DNA of 63,985 nt, counting the filler, from Ionaspis alba (taxonomy: Eukaryota): the NCBI GenBank assembly GCA_964255285.1. It is 3 parts of 3 records of this genome, joined end to end, with 100 filler letters (N's around TTAATTAATTAA, not from the genome) between each part and the next. Parts side by side here need not be neighbours in the genome. Positions count along the whole stretch, not along the records: positions 1 to 22,285 come from CAXUUL010000210.1; 2 more parts are not named here. One strand, 5' to 3'. Positions 1 through 12,167 of this stretch are shown piece by piece. Within the stretch, counting starts at the first letter, position 1, and each line of letters starts with the position of its first letter. The translations under genes and the position numbers were made by a program. A model generated the notes under the pieces. It saw nothing but the letters and a program-made list of their open reading frames with translations, did not search any database and was not told the origin of the DNA.

Positions 1-1298
1 ATGCTCACACCTTGGGCGCTGAAGAAGCTTGAACACCTGACTCTCGACTATATGAGCATTACGTGTGAAGGAAAAGGCTGCTATGGATTTGTTGCTGTTC
101 AACGTATCAACTTTGCTCTCGGACTGTTCCACTTCATCCTTGCACTGCTCCTCGTTGGCGTCAAGACTTCTAAAGAGGGTCGTGCCGGACTACAAAATGG
201 ATACTGGGGCCCTAAGATCATAGTCTGGCTCGCCTTCGTTGTCCTAACTTTCTTCATCCCGGAAAACTTCTTCCGCGTCTGGGGCGACTATGTTGCGTTC
301 ATCGGAGCTATGCTGTTTGTCCTGCTTGGTGTTATCCTCCTGGTGGATCTTGCGCATTCCTGGGCAGAATACTGTCTCGAGAAGATTGAGGAACGTGACT
401 CCAAAGCCTGGAGGTTCATTCTTATTGGATCGACGCTCGGGATGTTCACTGCTTCCTTTGCCATGACAATCATTATGTACATCTTCTTTGCCCATGGTGG
501 CTGCTCAATGAACCAAGCCGCAATCACGGTAAGCATTTCTCCAGCAGTCCCGAGTATATCTCGTCTGACAACAACCAGGTCAACCTTCTTGTTCTTCTCA
601 TCATCTCCTTCATCTCCGTCCACCCCACTATCCAAGAATATAACCCCAAAGCCGGTCTCGCCCAATCCGCCATGGTCGCCATCTACTGCACCTACCTGAC
701 CATGTCCGCCGTGTCCATGGAGCCCGATGACAAAAACTGCAACCCTCTGATCCGTGCTCGCGGCACCCGTACGGCTTCCGTCGTCATCGGCGCCATCGTC
801 ACCATGCTCACAATCGCTTACACCACGACCCGCGCCGCAACTCAGGGTTTCGCCCTCGGTTCTCAAACCAGCAACGCTTACTCCAAAATCGGCGACGACG
901 AGCCCGAGCACGGTCTCGTGGACCAGCATCCTGCCTCCTCCCGCCGCGAACTCCGCGCTGAAGCCCTTCGTGCTGCTGTAGAGGCAGGTAGTCTGCCTGC
1001 CAATGCTCTCGACGACGATGATGACGAATCTGATGATGGTCGAGATGCTAAGGACGATGAGCGTGGTGGCACACAGTATAACTATTCGCTCTTCCACATC
1101 ATTTTCTTGCTTGCTACGTGCTGGGTTGCGACGTTGTTGACGCAGAATATCGATCCGGATGCAACCAGTGACTTCGCACCTGTGGGGAGGACGTACTGGG
1201 CGAGCTGGGTCAAGATTGTCAGTGCTTGGGTCTGCTATCTGATTTATGGGTGGAGTTTGCTCGCGCCTGTTGTCCTACCGGATAGGTTCGGTCATTGA
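1..1298 (+). CDS. TMS1: SERINC/TMS1-family membrane protein, 5' end outside window; intron 529-578
   Basis: Multi-TM protein with CYGFVAVQRINFAL, QNGYWGPK, LVDLAHSWAE, YNYSLFH and WVKIVSAW, typical of SERINC/TMS1. A GTAAGC...CTGAC...CAG intron joins ORF 1..699 to ORF 672..1298. Confidence 0.93.
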
Positions 1299-1657
1299 GG
1301 AGTATCATTTGTGGCGTTGTGGTGGGTATCAAGTTTGCTGGATAGCATTGCAGGGCATATGCCAAAAAATTGCCAATCGTTGCGATGGTGTATATTTTAG
1401 TTCGTTCAGATTGCTCGAAATTGAGACATCTTCCACCAGAATGCGAATCAATGTGATTTTGTGCTAAATACTAAAAACATTGAAACAGGTGAATTGTATA
1501 CAAGAACCAAAGTCGTAGATGCGGGTTGACTCCCCTGCATCAAGTCCCCCGCCTGACGCAGTTGACAGCCATGCAGTCCTGTCCTTCCCAAATACTGTTC
1601 AATGCCAAAAAAACTTGTAACATCCAGAATCATACACACGATATCCGTTTCCAAACA

Positions 1658-4302
1658 CTAGCCTTGCCCCAACCTCAAAGCCGCCATGGAACTCACCTTC
1701 TGCCCTGAGCTTTTCCTATCCCCGTATCTATTCTCGGCGAATCCACTCCTGCGTCTCCACCCGCTCTCCTCCCGACTCTGAGACCTACTCTTCTCATCCT
1801 CTCTATCAGTCACACTTGCCCTAATGCTCATGCGTCTCTCCAGGGCCTCGCTCCGCCTCCTCTTCTTCACGCTTTCGGGCAACTGCCTCCGCATATATCG
1901 ATCCAAACTCTCGCAAAGTCTATCAAGCAACCACTCGGACTCGGTCGCATCTGCCATCATCGGGCTCTCCGGCCCAATCCAATCCCATTCTATCAAGCCC
2001 TCTTCTTCCTCCTCGATCTCTAAGCTGACAGCTGCATTGGGTTTTAGCCGACTGAAACGGATCAGGCGTGTAAACTCGACCCATTCTTCGTAGCTATAAT
2101 GCCGCTTCCCTGCTTTCAAGTCGTCGGCCGTGCTGCGAATAGCGAGAGCGAGTTTACGAGCGAGATCGTGCTCGTCAGCAGCGTCTTCATTCGCAAGTTC
2201 CTCAATCGTGGGAGCACGCATTACGGGTCCTTCCTCCGGCCCGGTGGGAAAGCCGCTGGCGATGCGTTTCTTTTCGCTACGCTTGCGGATGCGGGTCTGG
2301 AACCAGGATAGCAGCTTGGGATGTTTTTCGAGGAACTCGCGGAAGAAACCTTCCTTGGGTAGAACGGTCCAATCCGCTAGGGTGAAGGTACCGCGCTTAT
2401 ACGAGGCCACGACCGTGTCACCCATGTCCGAGATGAGAATCGTCATCGTGGGGACGGCGAAGAGCGACCAGACGATGAAGAAGGGCTTGCCGGCATTGGA
2501 TTTGGGCGACAGATCCCCATAACCGATGGTGAGCAAGCTTACGTAGCAGAAATACAACGCTTGAAAATATGTGAGGCCTTGGGAATTCTGCTCTGCTTGC
2601 CAAAAGACAACGGCACCGACGCACCAGAGAAGTCCGACTTGATAAGGTGTTAGTAGTAAAAAGTGACGCAGTGGATTCGAAGACCTTACAGGCTATGATC
2701 GACATCATGAGGGCAGAGTATTGCTTGAATCGTCGCGTGGCAGATTGAATGCTTCGCATCGCCTCGAAGCGGTCTTTCTCTTCCCGCAGTATCAGCACTT
2801 TCGATTTTCTGTTGTTTGGCTGAAGGACCTTGAAGGAGTTGGTCATCGGACTTATGATCTTTTGTGTTAGAGTCATGGACCGTCCTAAAGTCCGTGACGA
2901 CGCAGGGCTCGTTAGTGGGGGGGTGGATTCGTTCGATGGTTCAGTGTCCCTGAGATCTCCAGCTTTTTCCAGGTCTGGATCAAAAGCAATCGTTCTCTTG
3001 TGGGGACTGAATGGCGCAGAAATCGAAGGTCTCGGTCCAGATTTAGGGATCTTCTTGCGACGCTCATTCCTCTGCTCGGCTTCAAATGAGGTTGTGACAG
3101 CTCGGGAGAGAGTATTGACCCTGCGTCGCTCTACATGATTCTTGACAACCTTGTCGTGTCCCAATTCCTGAGCAAATTTTCGAATACTGCTGACCATCAA
3201 ACCCAAGATAATGATTCCACCAACAGAGAAGGGGAACACAAGGCCTCGACCGACATCGTTCGGAGCAGAAAAATCACCAAACCCGACTGTCAAAATCGTG
3301 ACATCGCAGAAGTAGAGTGCATCCACAAAAGACCATCCGCAGACTTTTGAGAAAACGGCACCACCTCCAGCAAGCCAGAAGAAGAACATCATGGTTTGGA
3401 GAATCAAATTTCGTTGCTCCTCGCTCAGGTCAAAATGTTGTGGGTAGTGGCCGAGAAAGTAGCCCAGCATGTTCACCATCAGAAGCATCGAAGACATAAG
3501 ATATAGCACGGCGGCTATCACGGCATGCCAGAATCCTTGTGAATACGTTTGATTAGGAGCTATGGGCGGTACGAATTTGTTTACCGAGATGAGTATACCG
3601 ATAAGCTATGTAAAGTATGTCAACAACGATTTTTCTTGGAGGCATCAGAAAGACTCACAATGCCAGTGGCAAAATACCAGAGTATAATGGTCATTGGTAG
3701 TGCAACGATGTATCGTATCCTCTTAGTGAAATTGAAGAGAAGGAAGATATTGCCAGCAAATCCGCACGCAAGGGATGCAGCATTGAGACCAATACACCTA
3801 GCAGAGATGAGCTCCTACCCCCCCCATCGTCGATTGTATGCACTCACCATTGCGGATCTGGAAATCCAATCGAGGATGCATCGATGCCCGGGCTGGCTGG
3901 ATCGTAGTCGTTTCTCCATGAAGTCACCAGGGCTGCTATCGACATGACATTGGCGAGCGGTCCGGTAGTCGCAGCGAGCAAAGGTATAGCCGTCGAAGCA
4001 AACCACCAGTCTCTGTAAGTCAAGCCACAGTTTAGCAAAGTCCGCGTAGGCTACCCGACGGAAAAAGGGCCTACTCACTGAGGCTCCTCATCGTCGTCTG
4101 GCCGCAGACGGAACTTCCACATTTCCTTGACATATGTAGGCGTCTTTTCAAGCGTATTACCGCCCTTCTCATCTTCATCTTGGACTGTCGGCCGACGATC
4201 GAGAGGATCGATCTCGAGTATCTCGTCCGAGGACTTGCGATGGCCTATAGTCGGATCGTAGGCGGTTGCGGCACTATCTGGAGGAGTGCCATGTTCGGCC
4301 AT
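1658..4302 (-). CDS. TOK1: Two-pore outward-rectifier potassium channel (TOK1 family), multi-exon
   Basis: Two pore-loop signatures, TILTVGFGD and LLTIGYGD. N-terminal WWFASTAIPLLAATTGPLAN segment typical of fungal TOK channels. Four GT-AG introns are readable. Confidence 0.92.
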
Positions 4303-5462
4303 CGCGTCCTGTTATCGGCGTCCGGAGCGGAGAAGAAGCATGACCTGCTAAGGGAAGGACCTGGGGATGCGGTATCCGATGCGATAAAGACGAACCTTTG
4401 GCTATGTCGGAGATGGAAGGCGCAAGCAGTAGGATATTGTGTGGCGGATGATATCAAGGATTACATATTANNNNNNNNNNNNNNNNNNNNNNNNNNNNNN
4501 NNNNNNNNNNNNNNNNNNNNNNNNNNNNNNNNNNNNNNNNNNNNNNNNNNNNNNNNNNNNNNNNNNNNNNAGTTTGATTTATCGAAGATGAAAGCAAAGT
4601 CAATAGCGACAAATCAGAGTTGACACACCCATAGCCACGCCGTGATTGAGGAGGGGGAAGCTGTTTAGCGGGGCCGAGTTGGCGGGAGAATTGCTGGACA
4701 AAGCCGCCGCGGCGATCTTGTCTTGCTTTCATTGTTTTTTCCTGTCGACATGGGGACTTTCCGAGGTTGGGAATGCGTGTGACATGCGACCTAGTGATAA
4801 GGCCCGTTCGGACGAGCGATGGCATGGCGCTAATTGCTCTCATCGGCGCCTAGATTTCGAAGGATTCTGCAACTTTCGTTGACCACCTCCGTCATTGGCT
4901 TCGTCTAAACCTTTGCGCTTTGAAGTCCTACCAGACTCTGCGTCTCTGAGAAGGGTCATGAGATTATAATATTGATTTATTTGAAGTCTCTATCTCTATC
5001 TTTCCTCTGGGTAACTCATAAATCGTTTATGTAGCTCAAGGACTTGCACTGTGTTGTCCCATGCATGGTGTTTGATCTTCATGCAACGCAAAAAGAGGAC
5101 TGATACGGAAGAAAAAGAAAAAGAAAAACCAAAAGAGAACTTTCACACGGCACGATACAGTGCCTAGTTTGAGATCGACTATCTGTCACGGACGCTGTTC
5201 GATTAGAAACGGTACGCCGAGTCCAGAATCGCCATAATCGGCTTCGTGGAGGTTCGACGACCTGTCCATGCATTGGTTGCGAATGTGGTATTGAGAGACT
5301 CTGTCCTGATTCAGGCATGGACACAAAGAATAACTGGTCTCTTTATTAGTGATTGAATATATCAGGACAATTTATCAGAGTTCAGGCAAGACCAGAAGTA
5401 TGTAATTGTATTATTTCGAATATATACAAGAAGTCATCATACAACGTCTAAGATATGCAACG

Positions 5463-6635
5463 CTACGACGCTTTGTTCAGCTTCTCCGTCAACTCGGGCA
5501 CCTTCTCAAACAGATCTCCCACAAGCCCCACATCCGCAACCTGAAATATAGGGGCATCTCCATCTTTATTGATAGCTGCGATTACCTTGCTATCTTTCAT
5601 ACCAGCCAAGTGTTGAATCGCACCTGATATTCCCGCGCACAAATAAAGCTGTGGCGCGACGTTCTTCCCTGTCTGTCCCACTTGCAAACTGTTGTCCGCA
5701 AATCCGCTGTCAACAGCAGCTCTCGAGGCCCCAATGGCTGCGCCGAGTGCATCTGCTAAAGGTGGTATGATGGCGTCGAATTGTTCTTTGGATTTCAAGC
5801 CTCGGCCACCTGATACCACTCTACCCGCCGTTGCGAGATCTGGTCGGTCGGATTTGGCCAGGTTCTCGGACACCCACTCTGTTGGCGATGGAGCTTTAGG
5901 ATCGATTCCTTCAACTATTTCTGCTGTTCCGTCGCCGATTGGAGCGGCTTGAAACGAAGTGCCTCGGACAGTGATGACTTTGATGGAATCCGAAGATTGC
6001 ACCGTCAAAATGGCGTTGCCAGCATAGATTGGTCGGACGAAGGCTAGAGAGGGGGTTATTAGCTGCCGTCGCGAAGGACGTTAGGGTCTATCATAGACTC
6101 ACTGTCTTCCGATTCAATGGCTATGATATCTGAAATCTGCTGCGAGTCCAAAAGAGCTGCCACTCTGGGCATGACATTCTTGCCCGATGCCGAATGGCCC
6201 GCCATGATATGTGTAAAGTCTCCCTTCTTGATATTCTCCACAAGCAATGTTGCGTAGTTTTCGGCTAGAGCCTACGATCCAATGCGTGAGCAAGTCACCG
6301 AGCCGATAGACTGTTATGGTCTGACTCCTCACTTTGTTATACGCCTCGTTCTCCACCATTATAATCTTGTTGATACCCTTGACTTTCGCCGCTTCTTCCG
6401 CCACCGCCTTCACCCCACTTCCAGCAACGAAGCCTGTTATTGATCCGCCTAGTTTTTGTGCTGCGGTGACAGCACTGAGAGAACCATTTAATAGCTTTCC
6501 ATCTTTTTGCTCGAGAATAGCAAGAGTGGATAACAATCGATTCAGGAGTGTTTGCTGGGTGATAGAAAGTCGTTTTGAGCAGCGGAGCGAAGTTCTGCTT
6601 TGCCGGAGAGCCGAGCTTCTGGCGGTGGAGAACAT
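5463..6635 (-). CDS. ETFA: Electron transfer flavoprotein alpha subunit, mitochondrial; 2 introns
   Basis: [43 protein letters not shown] and AINKD motifs. Arg/Ser-rich presequence [14 protein letters not shown]. Confidence 0.96.
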
Positions 6636-6755
6636 CTCAATGGAAGGAAAAAATATAGGGCTTGCTAAAGTGTCAAGTAGCAGAGACGTGAGTGTGAATG
6701 GAGGAAGACGTTGGCGGAGTGGATGAGGGCACCACATGTGCTCTCTGTCCACAGG

Positions 6756-6761
6756 CCGAGG
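6756..6761 (-). promoter_or_regulatory. Candidate FarA/FarB (Ctf1) fatty-acid response core CCTCGG upstream of ETF-alpha
   Basis: CCGAGG on the + strand about 120 nt upstream of the ETF-alpha ATG. It is only a 6-mer, so it is weak alone. Confidence 0.4.
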
Positions 6762-7090
6762 ACAATCCGGGGAAGAGCCGCACTAGCCTCATGTGGATCA
6801 GCGGAAAGCCCATCCCTTGGCGTCGCATCGCGCTTCACGTCTGTCCATGTCCTTTGCAATACAGCGAAACAAAAACTCCACCCGCATTTCATCTAGTCCA
6901 CAAACCATCACTAGCTCGATCGGTTGATTCGCGATTGTTCCTGTATCATTTGATCGCTTCTTCCACGTGCGCTAGGTGTTGGGCTCCCAATTCTAGGTGG
7001 ATTGCACCTATCGCTGAGCTTCTTCAATTCTCAAAGCACTTCAACGACACCAGCGCGCTTGAAGTTGCGCTCAGCTTCTGTCACTTCGTT

Positions 7091-9353
7091 ATGGACGATG
7101 GCTCGCTCGATGCGAATGTCTCAATAGCCCCCGAGTCGTCGGTTTCCGTGGGAAAGATGTCCCCAAATTCGCAAGCGGTCGCAGAGTCTAATGACCTTGC
7201 TTCAGGTACGACCCTCTTCCATCTCCATTGGTCCTTGGCTGTGTTGAGGTCGAATCTACGCCTCTAATCTTTTATAGCCAAGAACGCGATTCCTGACATC
7301 CAAAGCGGAGCATTACCTAGCACAGAAACAGCTTCATCACATGGTCCCATATCGGACAATCCATTAGATGCTCCAGAAGCACCACGGCCGGCGGATGATG
7401 AAGAAGAGCGGGAAGATGAGGATATGGGAGGTGTCGATGAAGGACCAAAGCTTGAAAATGGCAGCCCTGAAAAAGATGCGGAAGATGGCCCCTCGTCACA
7501 ACCGCCAGAAAGCGCGCAGGAAGGACAGCCAGCACAGTCTAAAGCCGCTCTTGAATCATCAGCGCGATCACACCTGATACAGCAGACACACGCTATCATC
7601 CTTCCCAGCTACAGCACATGGTTTGATATGCATGCCATACACTCTCTAGAGAAGAAAGCCCACGCAGAGTTCTTCAACAATCGCAATAGAAGCAAAACAC
7701 CGGCGGTCTACAAGGACTACCGCGATTTCATGATCAACACATACCGTCTCAATCCATCCGAGTATCTCACAGTCACTGCGTGTCGGCGAAATCTTGCCGG
7801 GGATGTTTGTGCGATTATGCGTGTTCATGCATTTCTTGAGCAATGGGGCCTCATCAATTACCAGGTGATATTCATTTATAGATTTTCGAGGTGGTCTCCC
7901 AGCTAAACAACTGTTTTAGGTCGATCCCGACACAAGACCTTCTGTAATCGGACCTCCTTTTACAGGCCATTTTCGTGTGACCGCTGATACTCCTCGGGGA
8001 CTGCAACCGTTCCAACCTGGTCCAGACGCGGTGAAGAAACCTGGAAAGCCATTTACCGGTACCGATCAAGCGTTGGCCACTACGCCTCAATCGAAGGCCG
8101 ATCGAAATCTCCAAATATCAAGAAATTATTTTGATAAGACCTCGAAAGACATCACGCCTAACTCGAAAGAAAAACAGGCCAACGGCGAAGAGTCTCAAGC
8201 TAATGGCGACACCAGCGCTCAACAGGATACCAAACTTGTCGAAGAATTGGCGCGAGAGCCAAAGAAGGCGGTCTATTGCTATTCTTGTGGAGTTGATTGT
8301 ACACATGTTCGCTTCCATTATGCGAAGACCGTGCCCGCGACATCTAGCGCGGCCGCAATAAATATCAAGTACGACATGTGTCCAAATTGCTTCCAGGAAG
8401 GCAGATACCCCAACGGAGTGTTCGGTGTCAATTTTGTGAAGCTAGACGACAGCAACTACACTTCTGTTCCAGATCGTGACGCACCTTGGACTGATGCCGA
8501 ACTCCTATTACTTCTCGAAGGACTGGAAATGTTTGACGAAAACTGGAATAGTATATCGGATCACGTCGGCACCCGCTCGCGCGAGGAATGCGTGATGAAA
8601 TTCCTTCAGCTGGAAATCGAGGACAAATACCTTGACGAAGGTGAAGAGCACGGCACTACCTTTCGCGCTCTCAACTACGGCGCCGTCCCCTTTAGCCAAG
8701 CAGACAACCCTGTCCTTTCGGTCGTCAGCTTTCTTGCAGGAATGACCTCTCCAGAAGTCGCCGCTGCTGCTGCCGGCCGTTCCGTCGACGAGATCAAGAG
8801 ATCTATGCGACATCGTATCGAAAACGGCGCTACGGACGATGGAAAGGGCAAGGAAAAAGAAATCCCCAAGACTGAAGACGCCATGGACGTCGACCACGCT
8901 CCAGACACTCAAGTCGCTACTATCGATCCCTCCAGTCGTCATCAATCAACAACATCTATCGCTAACATCGCCCTTGCTACCTCTGCCGCTCGCGCATCCG
9001 CGCTTGCCTCCCACGAAGAACGCGAAATGACCCGTCTTGTTTCCGCAGCTGTCAATACCACACTCCAAAAATTCGAGCTTAAGCTCTCACAATTCGCTGA
9101 GATGGAGGCTCTTTTACAGGCCGAGCGCCAAGAGCTGGAACGCGGCCGCGAACAGCTTTTCCTTGATAGACTGGCGTTCAAGAAGAGAGTCACCGATGTT
9201 CAGGAGCAGCTACGAAAGCTGGGTATCCGGGATCAGGAGACGTTAGGAGGCTTGGGAGAGAAGTTAGGATTTATGAGCGTGACAGGGAGGGCGGAGGAGG
9301 ATATACGGCCACTGGGGGTAGGGGATGAAGGCTTCAAGAGTTTTGAGATGTAG
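7091..9353 (+). CDS. RSC8: SWI/SNF-RSC chromatin remodelling subunit (Swi3/Rsc8/Ssr2 family); 2 introns
   Basis: SWIRM domain ([12 protein letters not shown]...[18 protein letters not shown]...[11 protein letters not shown]), ZZ-like CxxC pairs, SANT domain ([14 protein letters not shown]) and a C-terminal coiled coil. Confidence 0.94.
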
Positions 9354-9961
9354 AGTATGGAAACGCTGGGGTTTGACCAGGGGTTATGCTGGATATCGAT
9401 GGTGTTTTGGGGAAGGTGCTAGTAGCATGGATTGTACTATCTCTAGACTTCCAAATGCTGTGTGCAAGGAAAATGCTGGTTTATTAATGCCTGTACTTTA
9501 TTGGGGCTGCTACGATCCGATTAGAACGTAGCTTGTCTCTGGCTCTAGTAAGAGTAATTTGTCTCTCAATGATGTTCTACGCCTCATAATTGTCGTCCAT
9601 GTATTTCATCATGTCAAACGTTCAGGGCAGAACGCTCAGGCTCCAGCATCCAGTAGTGAGGACCGAAATATTGGAAGTCTAACAAACAGAACAGTCTGAA
9701 GCCAACAATGGTCCTAAAATCTCGAAAATTGCCGAGGGTATCATTGGAAGTACTCTACTAATAGAAGTAGAAATTGTAATTCCAGATTCATCTTGCGGTA
9801 TTCTATCTTCGCAAGTGCGGCGTAGATGAAGACAATGATTAAAATGGCTTTGCCCGTATCAATGGCTTTCCCCACCAACGACCCTTTATTGACAGGCCAT
9901 TGTAAGGCCGCACCTAGCGTTTTTGCCAGTTGTCTCAGGGCGGTCTTGATGGCGAACGGCT

Positions 9962-12013
9962 TTACGACTCTTCTTCTATCAGTGTGGTATCTGCATGCGC
10001 CTCTCTAGTTTCCGCAACATTGGTGTTCCAACCACGAGACTCATCCCCATCCTCATCCTGTCCACTATCAGAAGATCTATCAATACGACTGAAGAGTTCT
10101 GTTTCCGCTTGCTCTTGAGACGTATGATTCTTTTCTGCCGCCATTGCTGTCTTCCGCACTCTAGGGACCAGGGAGCGTCGTCTGGAAGAATCCTCTTCAC
10201 GTCCTTCTTGATTCGTTTTAGAAGTCGGTATTATCAAGGTGTCAGGCAGAGCATGCGTATCGTGTGGACGTCCAGCTGCTCGACCTTGTTGTAGTATGCC
10301 ATCAGGATTCCTGTCCCGTCTTTCGTTCTTTAGAAACTCTGCAGCAGGCACTGGAACATCATGCACTTCCCAGGGGCTTTGGTAGTGTGTCCAATCTCTC
10401 CAATCTGAAAGATCCTCCTTCGTCTTTCGTACACCGTACTTGGGCCGTCGTGGGAGATCTTCATCTTCGCTTTTTACTTCCTTGATATCTTCTCTACCCA
10501 AGATCTCCCAGAGGCGAAGCTCTTCTTGCCGACTTGCAGCTCGGTCAAAAGCTTCAGCGTATCTATTTTGCTCATCCTCAGAAGTTTTCGAGGACGCAGA
10601 CCTGCTTCGGCTGCGACTTCGTCCTTGATGCAGCCGCGATGAGGAAACGGTATCGGAGCCCTGTGCATCTGACCCACTCAGTGAATCATGCTTGCCTCCA
10701 AACTTCGATTCACGATCGGGTCGAGAGTAATGCTCTAATTCGAGCTCGGGTGTCTTGCGTCCAGAAGAAGGCGTCGGCTCAAGACCTGATGGCGCAACAC
10801 TCGATGCTCGGCTCCGTGGCTCTTGTAGTAGCATCTCCACTTCGTCATAATCTAGTGCATCTCCAACAAGCCTTACACGTGTCTTGATTTTGGCTTCCCG
10901 GTAGACGTCTAATCTGTTCCTCTTTGCTACACCCTTCCAGAACTGGGCAGAATTGGTTGCCATCCCGAGCACGTTCAATGCAGCTATGACGTCTTGTTTT
11001 CTGACAGTCTTGCGGTGGGTATACCTTGATGAATCCGTTGCTCGGATTCGAGACATCGCGAAAAAATGAGCTGATGAAACCAGACGCTTCGTAATATTGA
11101 TCACCAAACTATAAAAGTCGAGAAAGGCTGTACACAAGATGGAAGGAGTCTCGTCTAGTTCTGCATAACTAGTCCAGTTCATTTCATCAATGCTTGAATT
11201 CATAAAAAGTCGAGAGGACAGTTCTAGGAAATTGCTAGGATAAAGAATTTCCGCGGCACGGTATATCTGATTAGGCTCGTCCTCAGCTTCTAATTCCTCA
11301 GAAGCTGAAACAAGCTCGTTCAAAAGTTCAGCCCGTTCTTCACTAATTAGCCAGAAATCACCATGTGTCCTCTCTTCGGCATGGTTTTCGTGGTTCTCTT
11401 GCTTCATAGATAGACCCTCCGCAGCTTGATCCAGAGCAGCTGCGCATTCTTCACTGATCTCAAGAGCTCCGGGGACATCAGCATGGCTCAAAAGCTCTTG
11501 ACGAGGTTCATATAGATGCTGTTTCAAAGTCGCTCTTTCAAGCAGGTCGAGGTATACTTGGATCTCTGGCAAGGACTTAGACCTAATTGCCTTTGCAATG
11601 CTCTCTAGATCGTTCCTTCCTTTACACTGGAGTACCCGGAAGAACACATGTTTCTCTTCGGAAGACCACAGTGTGACACCAATTTGTGAAGGGGCTAGCG
11701 CATCTGGTGCTTCCAAATTCTCCAAGGTTGTGATATCATGAATCTCCTTGTTATACAATCTGCGGTAAGCATCACAAAAAGTTGCATGTGGTCGTTTCGA
11801 AGCACGGCGATAATCGTCTGGTGACCGAACCCTCCTTCGCTTCGAAGAAGCTCTAGATTCGCTGGGCCGAGGATGTTTTGCTGTGGCAATGTCTAGTGTT
11901 GGTGATAGANNNNNNNNNNNNNNNNNNNNNNNNNNNNNNNNNNNNNNNNNNNNNNNNNNNNNNNNNNNNNNNNNNNNNNNNNNNNNNNNNNNNNNNNNNN
12001 NNNNNNNNNGCAT
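9962..12013 (-). CDS. RRN5: Myb/SANT-domain protein, probable RNA polymerase I initiation factor Rrn5; interrupted by gap 11910-12009
   Basis: Long ORF with SANT-like WSSEEKHVFFRVLQCKGRNDLESIAKAIRSKSLPEIQVYL and histone-fold-like VRKQDVIAALNVLG. The 5' end crosses an N gap, so the start is uncertain. Confidence 0.7.
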   Translation of the reverse strand: MXXXXXXXXXXXXXXXXXXXXXXXXXXXXXXXXXXLSPTLDIATAKHPRPSESRASSKRRRVRSPDDYRRASKRPHATFCDAYRRLYNKEIHDITTLENLEAPDALAPSQIGVTLWSSEEKHVFFRVLQCKGRNDLESIAKAIRSKSLPEIQVYLDLLERATLKQHLYEPRQELLSHADVPGALEISEECAAALDQAAEGLSMKQENHENHAEERTHGDFWLISEERAELLNELVSASEELEAEDEPNQIYRAAEILYPSNFLELSSRLFMNSSIDEMNWTSYAELDETPSILCTAFLDFYSLVINITKRLVSSAHFFAMSRIRATDSSRYTHRKTVRKQDVIAALNVLGMATNSAQFWKGVAKRNRLDVYREAKIKTRVRLVGDALDYDEVEMLLQEPRSRASSVAPSGLEPTPSSGRKTPELELEHYSRPDRESKFGGKHDSLSGSDAQGSDTVSSSRLHQGRSRSRSRSASSKTSEDEQNRYAEAFDRAASRQEELRLWEILGREDIKEVKSEDEDLPRRPKYGVRKTKEDLSDWRDWTHYQSPWEVHDVPVPAAEFLKNERRDRNPDGILQQGRAAGRPHDTHALPDTLIIPTSKTNQEGREEDSSRRRSLVPRVRKTAMAAEKNHTSQEQAETELFSRIDRSSDSGQDEDGDESRGWNTNVAETREAHADTTLIEEES

Positions 12014-12167
12014 CTGAGTGACCTGTGGACGACGCAGTTGTACAGGTTGTTTTAAATAGGGCTTGGCAATATCAGATTTTCAGCCCTGCAGCAACCAGTA
12101 AATACGTGCCCTCTGCTTGATCACTTCGCGTGTTAATTCCTCTCAACAGCGCAGTACAAGATGAAGC

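Noticed and set aside
288..1097. 269-aa minus-strand ORF and similar long antisense ORFs (2130-2522, 19767-20303, 20988-21461, 41410-41868)
   Set aside because: They lie opposite well-supported genes and have no motifs, so they are antisense shadows of biased codon usage.
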